DNA of 64,000 bases from Callorhinchus milii (Eukaryota): NCBI RefSeq assembly GCF_018977255.1, contig NW_024704743.1:23128001-23192000 (forward strand). Direction: 5' to 3'. Shown here in pieces: positions 23,190-35,997 of the stretch. The notes below the pieces were generated by a model. The model was not told where the DNA came from and searched no databases. It saw only the letters and a list, made by a program, of their open reading frames with translations. Position numbers and translations under genes: made by a program. Numbering within the stretch: position 1 is the first letter of the stretch; every line of letters starts with the position of its first letter.

Positions 23190-24422
23190 TTTAAAGGTCC
23201 TGGAACGAGTTGTTGCTTCTCAGCTTTGCTCCTTCCTCTCCCGCCACACCATTCACAGACCCCTCCAATTGGGTTTCCATGCCACCCACAGCACAGAAAC
23301 AGCTTTGATCAAAGTGATGAATGGCATTCTGTCCATCTGCGACAAGGGCTCCCTCTGCCTCCTCATCCTCCTTGACCTCTCTGCTGCCTTCGATATCGTT
23401 GACCACCTCCACGATCTCTCCTCTCACCTATACCTTCATGTTTCAGATCGTACCTCTCACAGTCTCCATCTCTACAAACAGTTTCTCCTCTAACCATCGC
23501 ACTATCTTGTGCGGCATTGCTCAGGGCTCTGACCTTGGTCCCCTCCTCTTCAATATCTATATGCTCCCTCTTAGTGACCTCCTCCACAGACATGGGGTTA
23601 ATTTCCAAATGCATGCAAATGACACCCAACTCTATCTCTCTGCCTCCACCCTTGACTCCAGGACCACTTTTGTCCTGACAGAATGTCTGTCAGACATCAA
23701 GTCCTGGATGAGAGCAAACTTTCTTCAGTTGAACGTCAACAAGACCGAGGCTCTCCTGATTGGCTCCCGTCAGCGCCTCCTCACCTCAGGCACTGACAGC
23801 ATCACCATCCATGGACACTGCACCTTACTAAGCTAGTCTGGAACCTTGGCGTCTTGTTTGACACTCGACTATCCTTTCTACCCCACATCTGTACCATGAC
23901 CTGTTCTACCTTCCACCACAACATCGCCTGACTCCGCCATTGTCTCACACAGGCTCCGTGACCCTATCACTCCCATTCTTGCCCGAATCCACTGGCTTCC
24001 CACCACACAGAGGATACAGTTCAAGATATTGGTCCTAACCTTCAAAGCCCTCCATGGCTTTGCTACCCCCTACCCCTTCGACCTCCTAACCCTCTACCAT
24101 CCTGCTCGCTCCCTCCACTCAGCGAGTTCCAGCCTGCTTCATGTCTCCCGCCTCGCCCACTCCACCATTGGCTGGTGGGCCTTCTGTCACTCTGTCCCCA
24201 CATTCCATTCCGCAGCCCCTCCGCCTCGCCCCCTCCCTTGCCTCCTTCAAGACCCATCTCAAGACCCTCCTCTTCAACCGTGCTTTTGATCTCCCACCTT
24301 CACCCCCTTGCCCTCCACCCTCCCTGCTCCTGACTCACAGCTGGGGTCCAAAACATTGACTGTCCAGTGCCTTGGGACATCCTCCTGACATGAAGGCACT
24401 ATACCAATGCAATTTTGTTGTT
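23190..24422 (+). mobile_element. L2 LINE RT and 3' end (type A), with deletions
   Basis: KVLERVVA, HSTETAL, LLDLSAAFD, QGSDLGPLLF, MHANDTQLY, LKTLLFNRAF; tail present. Confidence 0.92.
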
Positions 24423-24496
24423 TTTTTGGAAGATTGAGGGGCTCATTTTTAGGTTTTGTCTATTGATAGATGCTTCTGAGAAGGCTTTCTGGAGAT

Positions 24497-25745
24497 ATAG
24501 AATCATAGAAATTGTATGGCACAGAAGGAGGTCATTTGGCCCATCTTGTCTGTGCCGACTCTTTGAAAAGAGCTGTTCAAATCAATGCTCCAAGGAGAAT
24601 AATCCTAGCTTCTGTGGCCTCTCCTCCTAACTGAAGTACCTCATTCTTGGCACCATCCTGATAAAACTCCTTTGCACCCTCTCCAAAGCCTTGACATCCT
24701 TCCTAAAGTGTGGTGCCCAGAACTGAACACAGTCTCTAGCTGAGGCCTGACCAGTGTTTTATAAAGGTTCATCATAGCTTCCCAACTTTTGTAGTCTATA
24801 CCCCTGTTTATAAAGCCTAGCATGCTTTTTTAACAGCTTTATCTACCTGCCCAGGCACCTTCAAAGATTTGCTTATATGAACCCCCAGGTCTCTCTGTTC
24901 CTTCACCCCCTTTAAGATTGTACCATCAGCTTATATTGCCTCTCCTCATTCTTCCTCCCAAAATGCACTCAACATCTCCATATTAAATTTCATCTGCCAT
25001 GTATCTGCCCATTTTACCAGTCTGTCTATGTCCTCTTTCAGTCTGCTACTATCTTTCTCACCAATTACTAATTTTACTAGCTTAGTATCATCTGCAAACT
25101 TGGAAATTGTACTCCCTATACCCAAGTCCAGGTCATTTATATAGATCAAAAAGAGCAGTGATCCCAGTACTGACCCCTGGAAGACACCACGGTATACATC
25201 ACTCTTGTCAGAAAAACAAGCATTCACTACCATTCTCTGCTTTCTGCATCTCAGCCAGTTCTGTGTCCATCCTGCCACTGTTCCTTTAATACTGTGGGCT
25301 TCTATTTTGCTTACAAGTCTCTTATGTGGCACTTTATCAAATGTCTTTTGAAAATCCATATGAAGTACACCAACTGCACGACCTTCATCCACCCTCTCTG
25401 TTACATCATAAAAAAACTATCAGGTTTGTTAGACACAATTAGTCTTTCAGAAATCTGTGTTGGCTGTCCTTATTTTTCTGAACATTTATTTTGTCCCGTA
25501 TTATAGTATCTAGATGTTTCCCCACTACTGATGTCAGGCTGACTGGCCTGTAGTTCCCGCATTTATCGTTCTGCCCCTTTTTGTACATGGGAGTAACATT
25601 TGCATTCCTCTAGTCCTCTGGCACCACCCTAGTGTCCACGCAGGATTGAAAAGTTGTGACCAGAGCCTCCTCCATTTCCATCCTTACTTCCCTCAGTAAC
25701 CTAGCATGCATCCCATCCTGACTGGGTGACTTATCTATCTTGAGG
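24497..25745 (-). mobile_element. CR1 LINE RT and 3' end, with deletions
   Basis: MDFQKTFDKVPHKRL, GVFQGSVLGSLLFLIYINDLD, SKFADDTKL, LYKTLVRPQLE; tail (ATAGAATC)n. Confidence 0.92.
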
Positions 25746-27032
25746 TAACAGTCTTCCTTGTTTTAATCTTCCTGACCCTGTTTCCTATGTATTGTGGCTT
25801 AGAATTGAACAATTAGTGTATGTTTAAGATTTTTTTGGGTGGGTGGAGGAGAGCGGATCAGCAGACCATTATGATAGTGAATTTGAGTACAGAGATATTA
25901 AGTATTTGTGAGATGTAAATCATGTTTTAACTTTTATTTTCCCTAACCCAAAATTTATTCTTTTATAAAATATAGTCATAATGATGAAGGCGTTTTACAG
26001 TGGGGGGGCAATGGTCAATTATCTGGGTACAATATTCGGTTTGTATCATCATGAAACCCACAAAAGACCCTGCTGTTCAAGATAATGAGCACGTAGCTCG
26101 AGCAAGAATATCAACTTGTTGAGTTGCACAGGCTGCCTTATTTTAGTGTAAGTTTCATCTATTTTGCAAGGTTGTAGCAGCAACTTGGTGCCTTCTCAAA
26201 TCCTCTGCCATGAACCAATGATCTGTGATAATTGGAAACCTCGCTCCAAGCAGCTCTTCAGGAAGGGCAAAGAAAGTTGACATTCCTAGCTTTTTACAGC
26301 AAATTGTTACAGTAAAAAGGAATTTTTTTATGCCTTTGTGAAACTACCATTGTCGAAAGAATGTCTGCTTGCTTGTGACAGGAGCTAACCTGAAATACTT
26401 TTATTAGCTTTCACGTGTGTATAAATACATGTGTTTATTTAGGACAGATAGTGTTTGGACATATGGAATGGGTTACAAGCCTTTGAGCAACTAAAAGTTA
26501 TTGCTCAAAATTATTTGAACTCACATAAGCATTACCTCAACAGAGTTGACAATGAAGTCCAGAATCTTACTCACTTTATTCACTGCTCCATCGCGCTAAA
26601 TAGACAGGTTCTGTGTCATCCATAGAGCAAAGGTGCCTTCTCTTTTACTGCCTCTATGACGTACCTTACATTTATCTGTTTGGAGCCAAAAAAGAATCAC
26701 TCTAAGGTGCTTTGAAACCTTTCATGTGTAAGATGCTATACAATTGCAAGTTCTTTCTCTTGTTTTCTGCTGTCTCAGGCCATTTATGCATACAAGGAAC
26801 AGGAAGAGACTTGCCTGCAATTCATAACCTTGCTAAAATCTAATTCTCTTAACTCCCAATTACTAGTCTTCCTCTTCCATATGAATGAAATTACAGAATA
26901 CCAGCAGCAATGCAAAGTTGCCACAAAAATTGCTTATGGCAAGAATCTTGATGGTTCAGCAACAGCAGTTTGATCTTAGCGCAGGCCCATTGAAAAACCA
27001 AGATTGAGGCAATCAAATGAATTGTTAAATTA

Positions 27033-27140
27033 TAATAATAAATAATCATTGTAATTGATAAAGCGGCTTATCACTTTGTTGAGACGTCTTAAAGTGCTTC
27101 ACAGAATATGATGTAATGTGAATTGACTTTATATTTTGTT
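27033..27140 (-). mobile_element. SINE 3' tail fragment
   Basis: GAGACGTCTTAAAGTGCTTCACAGAATAT...GTGAATTGAC. Confidence 0.7.
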
Positions 27141-27484
27141 CTATTTTCTCTCATAATTCTTGTTTCTATTTAGGTCATACTCTTTTATTCTTGGCCTATT
27201 TACTGATCGGGGTGGGGGAGGGAGAGGGGGGCTTGCGTTGGTTCCTTCTTTCCATAGGAAACAATGGGAGGTCAACTGCAAATGCAAAGCACATATTGCC
27301 TGAGGCTCTATCTTAGTTGCTGCCCGGTCCCCTTTTCAATGTATTCAATGAGAACATTCCTCAGTGTGATATGGATTTTGATAATCAGTGTCAATTTAAT
27401 TCTGTATATTATAAATAAATCCTTTAACAGCATTCAAAAAACATTAACTTTGCTTGACATCTAAATCTAGTAAGTTAATATCTA

Positions 27485-27773
27485 GGAGTCCTGCAGCTCA
27501 GTAGTGAGAGCACGCACCTCGAGAGACCTGGGTTCGATTCCGGGCAGGGTAAAACCTTGGGCAAATTTCCAGACGCCTGATAATAATCCCTCAAGAAAAA
27601 AAACAATAATAAAATTGGTCACTTCAATCCAGGACTGTTTGTGGGACACTGCTGTGTGCAATTGGCTGCCGCGTTTCGCCCACAAACATACAGTCAATTC
27701 ACTTTACAGTATATTCTGTGAAGCGCTTTGAGACGTCCAGAAGACATGAAAAGCACTATTTCAAATGAATTAT
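27485..27773 (+). mobile_element. tRNA-derived SINE, short form
   Basis: GGAGTCCTGCAGCTCAGTAG...GGGTTCGATTCC...AAACCTTGGGCAA; L2-like tail. Confidence 0.9.
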
Positions 27774-28334
27774 TTTAGGCATATGGATCAATCTGCGCTT
27801 ACATATGTTTATTGATAAATTAGGTAATGGGCATCGATCAAAATTAATTTGATGACCCAGGTCCTATGTGCGGATTTGGTAAAAAAAAGGATTAATAAGT
27901 AAATATGCAGCCAGGAGGCTGCTGTGAGTTCAATGTGATGCCTATGATTGAGTTTTGAACTTTTCAGTCACTGCTGGAAATGCCTTAAACCATTTTCCTA
28001 CCAACCACCAATCCCTACTCACCCCCCCACACCCCCAATGAAAAATATGAGCCTGAAGCTACAACATACTTGCAGTTTATATTTGTTTTGAGACTAACTG
28101 TTTTGCTTTCTTTTGTTTCTTTTGATTTATACACACGAGTCCTGAAACATATGCTTTCACAAGTCTTTGCTGACACACTGCAATACTCTTGAACATAATA
28201 CGCTAGAAGTTCCACTCATTTTATACTCTGGGGGACAGTAATTCATTTTGTCGACAATTTTCAGGTATGTGTAGAGCTTAAGTGTGAAGTCCAACTATCA
28301 AAACCTACTCTTGTTTCACGTTATTTTGTTGGGG

Positions 28335-28500
28335 GCAATGCCTAGCGTCAGTCAATGTCAAGCACTCCTGGGTACATATAGACCTGTCACAGAGTAAAAC
28401 TTCCTCTGCTTTGCCTCAGCAATGTACCAACTTCAGCAAATAAATTTCTTCTGCCCCAGTGTGAAGGTTTCTGTTCTTTGCACCATCTACTTTTCGGACA
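28335..28500 (-). mobile_element. LF-SINE-like ancient SINE remnant (3' part)
   Basis: Reverse complement GGTACATTGCTGAGGCAAAGCAGAGGAAGTTTTACTCTG resembles LF-SINE GGCACATTGGCGGGGCAGTGTGGGGAAGCTT (from memory). Confidence 0.45.
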
Positions 28501-28894
28501 GCCGCATTGGCACTGTCAATTATGAGCAGCCTCATGGGATTGACTCATTTCCGCTGGGAATCGAGTGACTCATTAATATTTGAAGCCAAGCAAAGAGACA
28601 GTCAAAACAGCTGAAATTAACCCCTTAAGGACCCCTTACTCAAGCCAAAACATGTGTTGCTGAAAAATCACCACTGCCATTATTGCCAACAATAATATTT
28701 GAACAAAAATAAATTTGTGTAATAAAATCGCTGTTTTCTTTCAGATTGAACTCTATCTTTTATGTTAAATCAATCTTATACATAAGGAAAATAAAATACC
28801 AAATTTCCAAACTTGCCCCCAAATATTAAATGTGTATTTTTAACATAATTATCTTATTGGGTGATCCAGTGGGGGTGAGAACACTTTTCTTTTA

Positions 28895-29150
28895 CGTGTG
28901 CGATGTGAATCCAGCCCTGACTGATCTTCTTTCTGTTGTCTGCAAGAGTTCTATGTGAAATGAGTTTAGGTTGTCTCGATCCATCATTTGGCAAAAAATG
29001 ACAGTATCACTCAGGCGGGCTGCAACAATGGCTGGTGTGGGAGATAGAGATGTCACTGGTGCAGTAATAGGGGTAGAGTTGTGAAGTTGTAGCAAAGTCA
29101 CCCTTCGACCTATTTGCTGAACATTGGTCATTTATACAGCAACAATGTCA
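28895..29150 (+). mobile_element. LF-SINE-like ancient SINE remnant (5'/central part)
   Basis: AATCCAGCCC...CTATGTGAAATGAGTTTAGGTTGTCTC resembles LF-SINE AATCCAGCCCAGG...CTATGTGAAATGAGTTGGTGGTCTC (from memory). Confidence 0.5.
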
Positions 29151-29309
29151 TTTGAAAAATAACCACTTGTGCCTGGCAACACTAGATTGTAATTACCAAT
29201 CTGAGTTTAATGCAGCATTAGATGGTATCTGCTGTGGACTAAAATGCCAATAGACAATTGCTGAACCTTGATAATAATCTATGTATTTTCAGTAGTGCCT
29301 GTGGTATCT

Positions 29310-29461
29310 CATAAGAACATAAGAACATAAGAATTAGGAGCAGGAGTAGGCCATTCGGCCCCTCAAGCCATTCGATGAGATCATGGCTGATCTTCAGACC
29401 TAACTCTAATTATCTGCTCTATCCCCATATCCCCTAATCCCTCTGTTTTAAAAAAAATCTA
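29310..29461 (-). mobile_element. CR1-type 3' tail
   Basis: (CATAAGAA)3 TTAGGAGCAGGAGTAGGCCATTCGGCCC, the typical shark CR1/HE1 3' terminus. Confidence 0.8.
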
Positions 29462-29720
29462 TCTCAAAGCACTTCACAAAGTTTCTGTGAAGCTTTAGGG
29501 GCTGTATGTATCTATTTATGCACAACAATCAACTGTGTAGTGAATGATCAATGTTTCTGGAGGGTTGTTGGTCAGGTAACTGGGAGAAACACCCTTGTCT
29601 TTTCAAATAGTGCCATGGGATTTTTAACGTCCATCTGAGCAGGCAGTTAGAACCTTTATTTAACGTTTCATCCGAAGGTTGGCATCTCTAGGAATTCAGC
29701 ACCCTCAACACTGCATTGAA
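29462..29720 (-). mobile_element. DeuSINE-type SINE
   Basis: AATAGTGCCATGGGATTTTTAACGTCCATCTGAGCAGGCAG...TTTAACGTTTCATCCGAAGG. Confidence 0.75.
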
Positions 29721-29809
29721 GGATTGAATCCATCTTAATCCAATCTATTGAAGTAACACGCATAATGAGAACTATTATCAGCTGATCCACTCCTTGGAAA
29801 GTACGTAAG

Positions 29810-30125
29810 GTGATCACACTGCTGGAGAGTCTGTAACCAGGGGCTCAAGTATAATATGGCGAGTAAAGAAATCTGAAAGGCAATTCAGGAGAACCTTCTT
29901 CAACCAGAGGGTAATGAGACTTTAGAACTTGCTGCCAAAAGCAGTGGTTGAATCAAATGGTGCAGATGCATTTCAGAGGAAGCTAGATTTTCACATGAGG
30001 GAGAGGGGAATAGCAGGGCGTGGGAGGCAATAAGGTAAGAGTGGAGATTGATGTCGAATATAAACACCAGCAGGGACTGGTTGGGTCAAATGGCCTGTTT
30101 CCGTGCTGTACATTCTTTGTAAATC
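29810..30125 (+). mobile_element. CR1 3' end
   Basis: CAGGAGAACCTTCTTCAACCAGAGGGT (RRTFFNQRV) ... GGGTCAAATGGCCTGTTTCCGTGCTGTA. Confidence 0.75.
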
Positions 30126-30772
30126 TTTACAAACTAAACATTCCAGCTAGAACCCTTTTTTATGATGACATAGCAGTTGACGTAGCTGGTAGGAAATTTA
30201 TTTGTATATTTTGAAAGAATATTCTCAAGGTTACAATTGTTGTTTGTATTTTACAGATACAAGATGATTCACCGTTAAACAACACAAAGCGTTTTAGCCA
30301 TCTCATCAATTGATGCAGTAGATCCATTGGGTCCTATTGAACACAGTGAATGGGTACAATGTACATCAAGAAACATGTAGCAAATATAATGAGAATGCAC
30401 CTGAAGATTCGTTCAAAATATATGCACTTGTCAGATGTCAAATAATCAACTAGTGACTATCCTAAGCAAAGGTACGCAGAGTCTCTTGGATCTGAGCTGG
30501 CTCCAAGGTGACGTGCTTCGCAACCTAATGTTGAGGCAACCTTCTGTGGTGGTCTTGATAATCTAATTAATGCCACAAAACTCAAGTGCGTTTACGTCAG
30601 AGTTTGAAGAATTTTCCCATTTTAATAGCAGCAGAAGGAGAATAAGTGGAGAACAGAAACTGACAAAATTTTACTGCTCAGTAAGGTTTGTCATGTTAAA
30701 TAGCATTTGCCTAGTTTAATATGTTTGTCAATATATGGGTCAACAATCATCTGTATTAGCTGATGCTTTTAT

Positions 30773-30892
30773 TTTCGCCCACAAATATACAGTCAATTCA
30801 CTTTACAGTTTATTGTGTGAAGCGCTTTGAGACGTCTAGCAGACGTGAAAAGTGCTATATCAAATGCAAGGATTATTATTAATGTTATTATT
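30773..30892 (+). mobile_element. SINE 3' tail fragment
   Basis: TTCGCCCACAAATATACAGTCAATTC...GCGCTTTGAGACGTCTAGCAGACGTGAAAAGTGC. Confidence 0.88.
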
Positions 30893-31352
30893 AAACATGT
30901 TGAGTATCAATCCCAGTTTATACATGTGGTTATCTGCAAACAGGTGGTAGTGTAATTAAATTAATTTTAATTAGTTGAAGATCCAAATTGATAAAAAAAA
31001 ATTATTATAATAGCACATTTTAAACTGTTCATGTTAAAATGAAATAATGAAAGGAAATGGAAAGAAATGGTGTATTCTGAGCCAATTAGGATCAGCTGTT
31101 ATTTTCTTCTTACAGATGCAACTTAAAAATGAGCTAAAGGTCAGAGCGGGTGTATTATTATGGATTTTCTGGCACATATCACATCATTCTGAAGTAACAA
31201 TGTTCTCTAAAATGACAGCACAGTGGACTCTATTAAGCCAGTGGCATTTGAAATGCAAACAGATGCAGATTACCAATGGCATGTCATTTCCTTACCAAAC
31301 CTAGTCAGTGCCATTTCTCAAGAGCAATCCTAGAGAATTAGGCTTTATCCAC

Positions 31353-31454
31353 GAAGAAGAAGAAGAAGAAGAAGAAGAAGAAGAAGAAGAAGAAGAAGAA
31401 GAAGAAGAAGAAGAAGAAGAAGAAGAAGAAGAAGAAGAAGAAGAAGAAGAAGAA
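31353..31454 (+). repeat. (GAA)34 microsatellite
   Basis: Uninterrupted GAA triplets counted directly. Confidence 0.98.
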
Positions 31455-31489
31455 GAGGTGGGGTGGGGGAGGAAATTAAGGAGAGTTAA

Positions 31490-31790
31490 AAATAGAAACT
31501 TGAATTTTTATCATGTCAACATATCTCGAAGCACTTCACAAACAATCACTGTCAAGCGTAGTGACTACTTCTAGGTATAGATGTGGCAGCTATTAGCGGC
31601 ACATATCAGGTTCTATAAACAACCATGAGGTGAATGACCGAATAACCTGGAAGATTGTTGACCTGGACAGCTGGAGAAATATTTTATTTTACTATAGTGT
31701 CATGGGGTTGTTAATGCCCACCTTAGGACAGGTAGATGGGACCTTGGTTTAACATCTCATTTGAAGGACGACACCTCTGACACTGCAACT
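31490..31790 (-). mobile_element. DeuSINE-type SINE
   Basis: ATAGTGTCATGGGG...GACCTTGGTTTAACATCTCATTTGAAGGACGACACCTCTGACA. Confidence 0.7.
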
Positions 31791-32850
31791 AAGTTACAGG
31801 CCGCAAGCAAAAGTCTCTATAAACCTGGAGAGCCAGTGGGATACTTTTGCCATCTGAGTAAAGTTCTGACTGTCTGGAATTATGGTGTTTCAGGCAGTTG
31901 TGTTGTGGTAAGTGCATTCACATTCAGCTCAAACATGAACACTGCAATTTCTGAAGTGTGGCAATTTAGCTTGCTGCGAATTGTAAACTGAGACACTCAA
32001 TCAGCACATTGCTAAAACAATCACAGTTTAACACCTAAACTAGGGATTCATAAGATACTTTAAATCATTGGGTCCAAACCCCTCTGGCAACACTGATCAG
32101 AAAATTATACATAATGGCACTGAAAAAGCAAGAAAGTCCACTTTACAGAGCAGAAGGAACATTTGACACAGGATTCTATCCGTAACCTGCAATGCGGTTG
32201 GTCAAGTGTACATCATCGTCGACAAGAAGTTGAAAAGGGATAAAACGTTTCATGTTTGAAGTGAACAATTCCATCTAAAAAGAAATCATTCTCACTGGAA
32301 GTATGGCATCTCCAACCAGGCAGTGTTCCCCCACCACTGTATTGGAGAGTCAATCTAAACTATGAGCTTTAGCTACCCAGAGACAGTTTTAGAAATATTG
32401 TGTACAATTGGGAAGAACTATTCATAGCCAGTGTAGCTCAGTGTAGATGGAGTGAAGGACATATAACGTTATTTATGGGAAATTGTCTTTCTGTGGCTAC
32501 ATCTGACATGAAGCCAAATCTCTAAGCAGCTTTGTCAGGGCTGGTGAATCACGGTGAAAGATTGCAGTCAACTATGAAGGATGGGCTGGAAGTAATTGAA
32601 GTAATTGATTGTAGTCAACTATGAGTCAATTTTGACAGATTGAATCCTGCCAGGTATAGATGGAGCAAACCTGAAACCAAAGTTTAGGAAAATTAGAGAC
32701 AGGTCATTTGGTTTCAAACCAGGTTGCAGAGTTTGGGTCCGATGCTTCCTTAAGGAACCCTAGAACACGAGACACTGTGCTAGCTACATACATGTCACCT
32801 ATGTTTTTCTCAACATTTCAGAAACTTAGTTCGTATCCATAGAACCATAG

Positions 32851-33376
32851 TTTTTTTTGTCAGCTGGGTGTCTGACATATGTGGAAACGCATCACCATGC
32901 TTAAAAGTATCCAAACCTAGCTGAGATTTCCATGCATCCCACCTACACATGGAAATTCCAGAGCTAGATTGTTGGAATGATATGCACACTCCCTCCTCGA
33001 GGGATGCATCCTGCTTACCTAATTCCAGCAAGTTTAGGTGCAGGTTGGCAAGAGCCAAGGCTTGGGGATCCCAGAGTGTGTGTTGGGGTACTACTGGAGT
33101 CTAACCAATTCAAACCGCATAGCTTGCCATTGCTTGTCCAGCTAGGACCACGCTACCCATTAGGGCTTTCGCTTGTAGGTTTAACAGAAGCTGAGTGGGA
33201 TGGCTCCCTGCCCTCAGTGACTGGTCTGTCCTTACAGGTCCTGCTGATGAGCCAGACTGACTGTGCTGTTATCAGCAGTGCCCAGGAATCCTGCGGACCC
33301 GTCTGGCTCAGGAACTCAACTACCGAGACTGCCACGGAGAGCTGGCTCATTTCCGGTATTCCATTGCCAGGCATGT
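32851..33376 (-). repeat. Unassigned interspersed repeat family X, longest clean copy
   Basis: Colinear with 38352-38705, 42074-42532, 47695-48228 and the reverse complement of 45480-46110; ends in a hairpin plus A8 on the minus strand. Confidence 0.85.
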
Positions 33377-33389
33377 CACCTTGGAGTTA

Positions 33390-33680
33390 GTTCAGCCATT
33401 CAGCCTATTGCTTCTGTGTTGGATCTTTTAAAGAGCAATCCTTTCAGTCCCATTTGCCTGCCCTCTCCCATATATCCTGTGGTTAGCTCCTTTGTAGATA
33501 GTTGTCCAGTTCGCTTTTGAAAGCTAATATGGATTCTGCCAAACCAACGCTCCAAGCAGAGCATTTCATATCCTAACTACCTGCATGAAAAACATTCTCA
33601 TAGCCTCTCCATTTGCTCATTTGTTAACAAACTTAAATTGATGTCCTCTAGTCACTGATTCATCTCCCAAGTTCAGCTAT
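33390..33680 (-). mobile_element. Old CR1 3' end
   Basis: CAGCCATTCAGCC...GGATCTTTTAAAGAGC...GCATTTCATATCCTAAC, similar to 61655-61960. Confidence 0.6.
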
Positions 33681-33917
33681 GTGTGAGTATTTCTCTCTTT
33701 CCAAACTTAGTAGTGAAGTCCCAGAAACATTCCTAGCCCTTTTCTCTGAAGTCACTCCAAAACATCAAAATGGTATTGAAACCAAGATGCCTGAAACTAC
33801 ACATAACAAAGGCAATCCAATCAGCAATGCAACTTGGATCAAAATAGCTCTTTAGACATTTTGGGTAAAATATTCCTTCAACTTTGTAAAGATTTATTGA
33901 TGCTGTGATAAGGCTGA

Positions 33918-35338
33918 CTCGACCCCCTCCCCACCAACTTACTGGTCATACAGCTCCCCTCCTCTGCCCACAACTTCGAGCACACCTCTCCTCTCACTCC
34001 CTCTTCGAACCCCTCCAGTCCGGTTTCCGCCCACAGTACAGAGACTGTGCTTGTGAAAGTCACAAACGACATCCTCTCTATCTGTGATCAGGGCTCCCTC
34101 TGCCTCCTTGTCCCCCTGGACCTCTCCGCGGCGTTCGACACAGTCGATCACGCCATACTCCTCCACCGCCTTCCCTCTGTCATCCACCTCAGTGGGACCG
34201 CACTCGCCTGGTTCGAGTCCTACCTCACAAACCACCAGCAGTAAATCTGCAAAAACGGCTTCCCCTCCTGCTTTCACCCGGTTACCTGTGGGGTACCCCG
34301 AGGATTCATCCTTGGCTCCCTCCTCTTTCTGATCTACATGCTCCCTCTTGAGGATGTCATCTGCAGACATGGGGTACACTTCCACATGTATGTGGACGAC
34401 ACCCAACTCTATTTTTCCACCTCTCTTTGTGACCCCCAGTCCCCTGATGTTCTGTCAGCCTGCCTGTCAGGCCTCAGGGGCTGGATGAGTGTGAATTTCC
34501 TTCAGCTGAACATTGACAAGATGGAAGCCATACTCTTTGGCTCTCGTCAACGTCTAAAATCTCACGGTTCTCACTTCCTCCATCTATCCGACCTCCCCGT
34601 AAAACTCTCCGAACCCGTACACAACCTAAGCGTCAGGTTCGACCCCCAATTATCCTTCCTCCCCCACATCCGGTCCCTGACCAGCACCGCTTTCTTCCAC
34701 CTCCAACGCATTGCCCGTCTCCGCCAATACCTCACTCCAAAAGCCACTGAAACCCCAGTCCATGCCTTTGCCACCTTTCAGCTGCACTATTCTAACGCCC
34801 GCCTCGCCGGTCTCCCATCCACTACCAACCATAAAATCCAGATCATTTAAAACTCTGCCACCCGTATTCTCACTCGCACCAAACTCCGCTCCCCGATCAC
34901 CCCAGTCTTGCCAGACTGCACTGGCTCCCTGTCCCAGAGAGGATCGATTTCAAGATCCTCACCCTTGTCTTCAAATCCCTCCACTCGTTGGCACCCCACT
35001 ACCTCTCTGACCTCCTCTCTCCTCAAGACAGTGCCCGTTGCCTTCGTTTCTCCGGGTCTGGCCTCCTCCTTGTTCCCCGAGTCCTCCGCTCCAACCTCGG
35101 CAGCTGTGCCTTCAGCCACTATGCCCTGAGGCTCTGGAACTCCCTTCCTCAATTCCTTCGCCTCGACCCTTCTCTTCCAACTTTCAGGTCTCTGGTGAAG
35201 ACCTTTCTTTTCGACCGCGCCTTTGGTCACCTTCCTCCCCCTCCCCCTGGCTCAGCCCTGGGATCCGTTACTGTGAAGCGCTCTGAGACGCCATCCGGCA
35301 TGGAGGGCGCTATATAAATCCAAGTTGTTGTTGTTGTT
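33918..35338 (+). mobile_element. L2 LINE RT and 3' end (tail type B)
   Basis: LDLSAAFDTVDH, MYVDDTQLY; colinear with and very similar to 17730-19337. Confidence 0.95.
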
Positions 35339-35680
35339 TAGTGGAATTTGCAAAAAATAAATACTTCCCAAATGTGACTTGGTGGTCAATAAATAAGCTT
35401 TCAGATTAACACCAGGCTGAATGCAACCCCTGTGATCCATTCAACTGACAGGTCATTTGTTGCCAGTACCATAATAGTGGGGTTAAAATTGTGACATTCA
35501 CAACTTTGACAAATACTGATTCCACCCGGTTACTGGAAGTATTTCACTCTGACCCACAGGAACTTGATTCACGTCCAAATTTAGTATATTTTCAAAAGTA
35601 AAAATATTATAGTGCAGAACAGACATTATCTACCCAAGAGTGAGATTCAGGGGATTGTGTCAGTGCCAGCACTACCTTAG

Positions 35681-35997
35681 AATAATAATAAGAGTTCTTG
35701 CATTTGATATAGCGCTTTTCACATATTCTAGACGTCCCAATGCGCTTCACACAATATACTGTAAAGTGAATTGACTGTATATTTGTAGGCAAAATGCAGA
35801 AGCCAATTCGGCACAGCAGTGTCCCACAAACAGTCGTGGATTGAAGTGACCAATTTATTATTGTTTTTTTTCTTGAGGGATTATTATCAGACGTATGCAA
35901 TAAGGAAACTTGCTCAAAGTTTTGAGCTACTGGGAATCACACCCAGATCTCTCCCTTGCGAGGTGAGCGCTCTAACCACTGAACTATGAGACTCCAC
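35681..35997 (-). mobile_element. tRNA-derived SINE, short form, full length
   Basis: Tail (AAT)n...CATTTGATATAGCGC; head ...GCTCTAACCACTGAACTATGAGACTCCAC. Confidence 0.9.

Noticed and set aside
31308..31574. Poly-glutamate protein ORF
   Set aside because: Translation of the (GAA)n microsatellite with a GTG start; no exon context.
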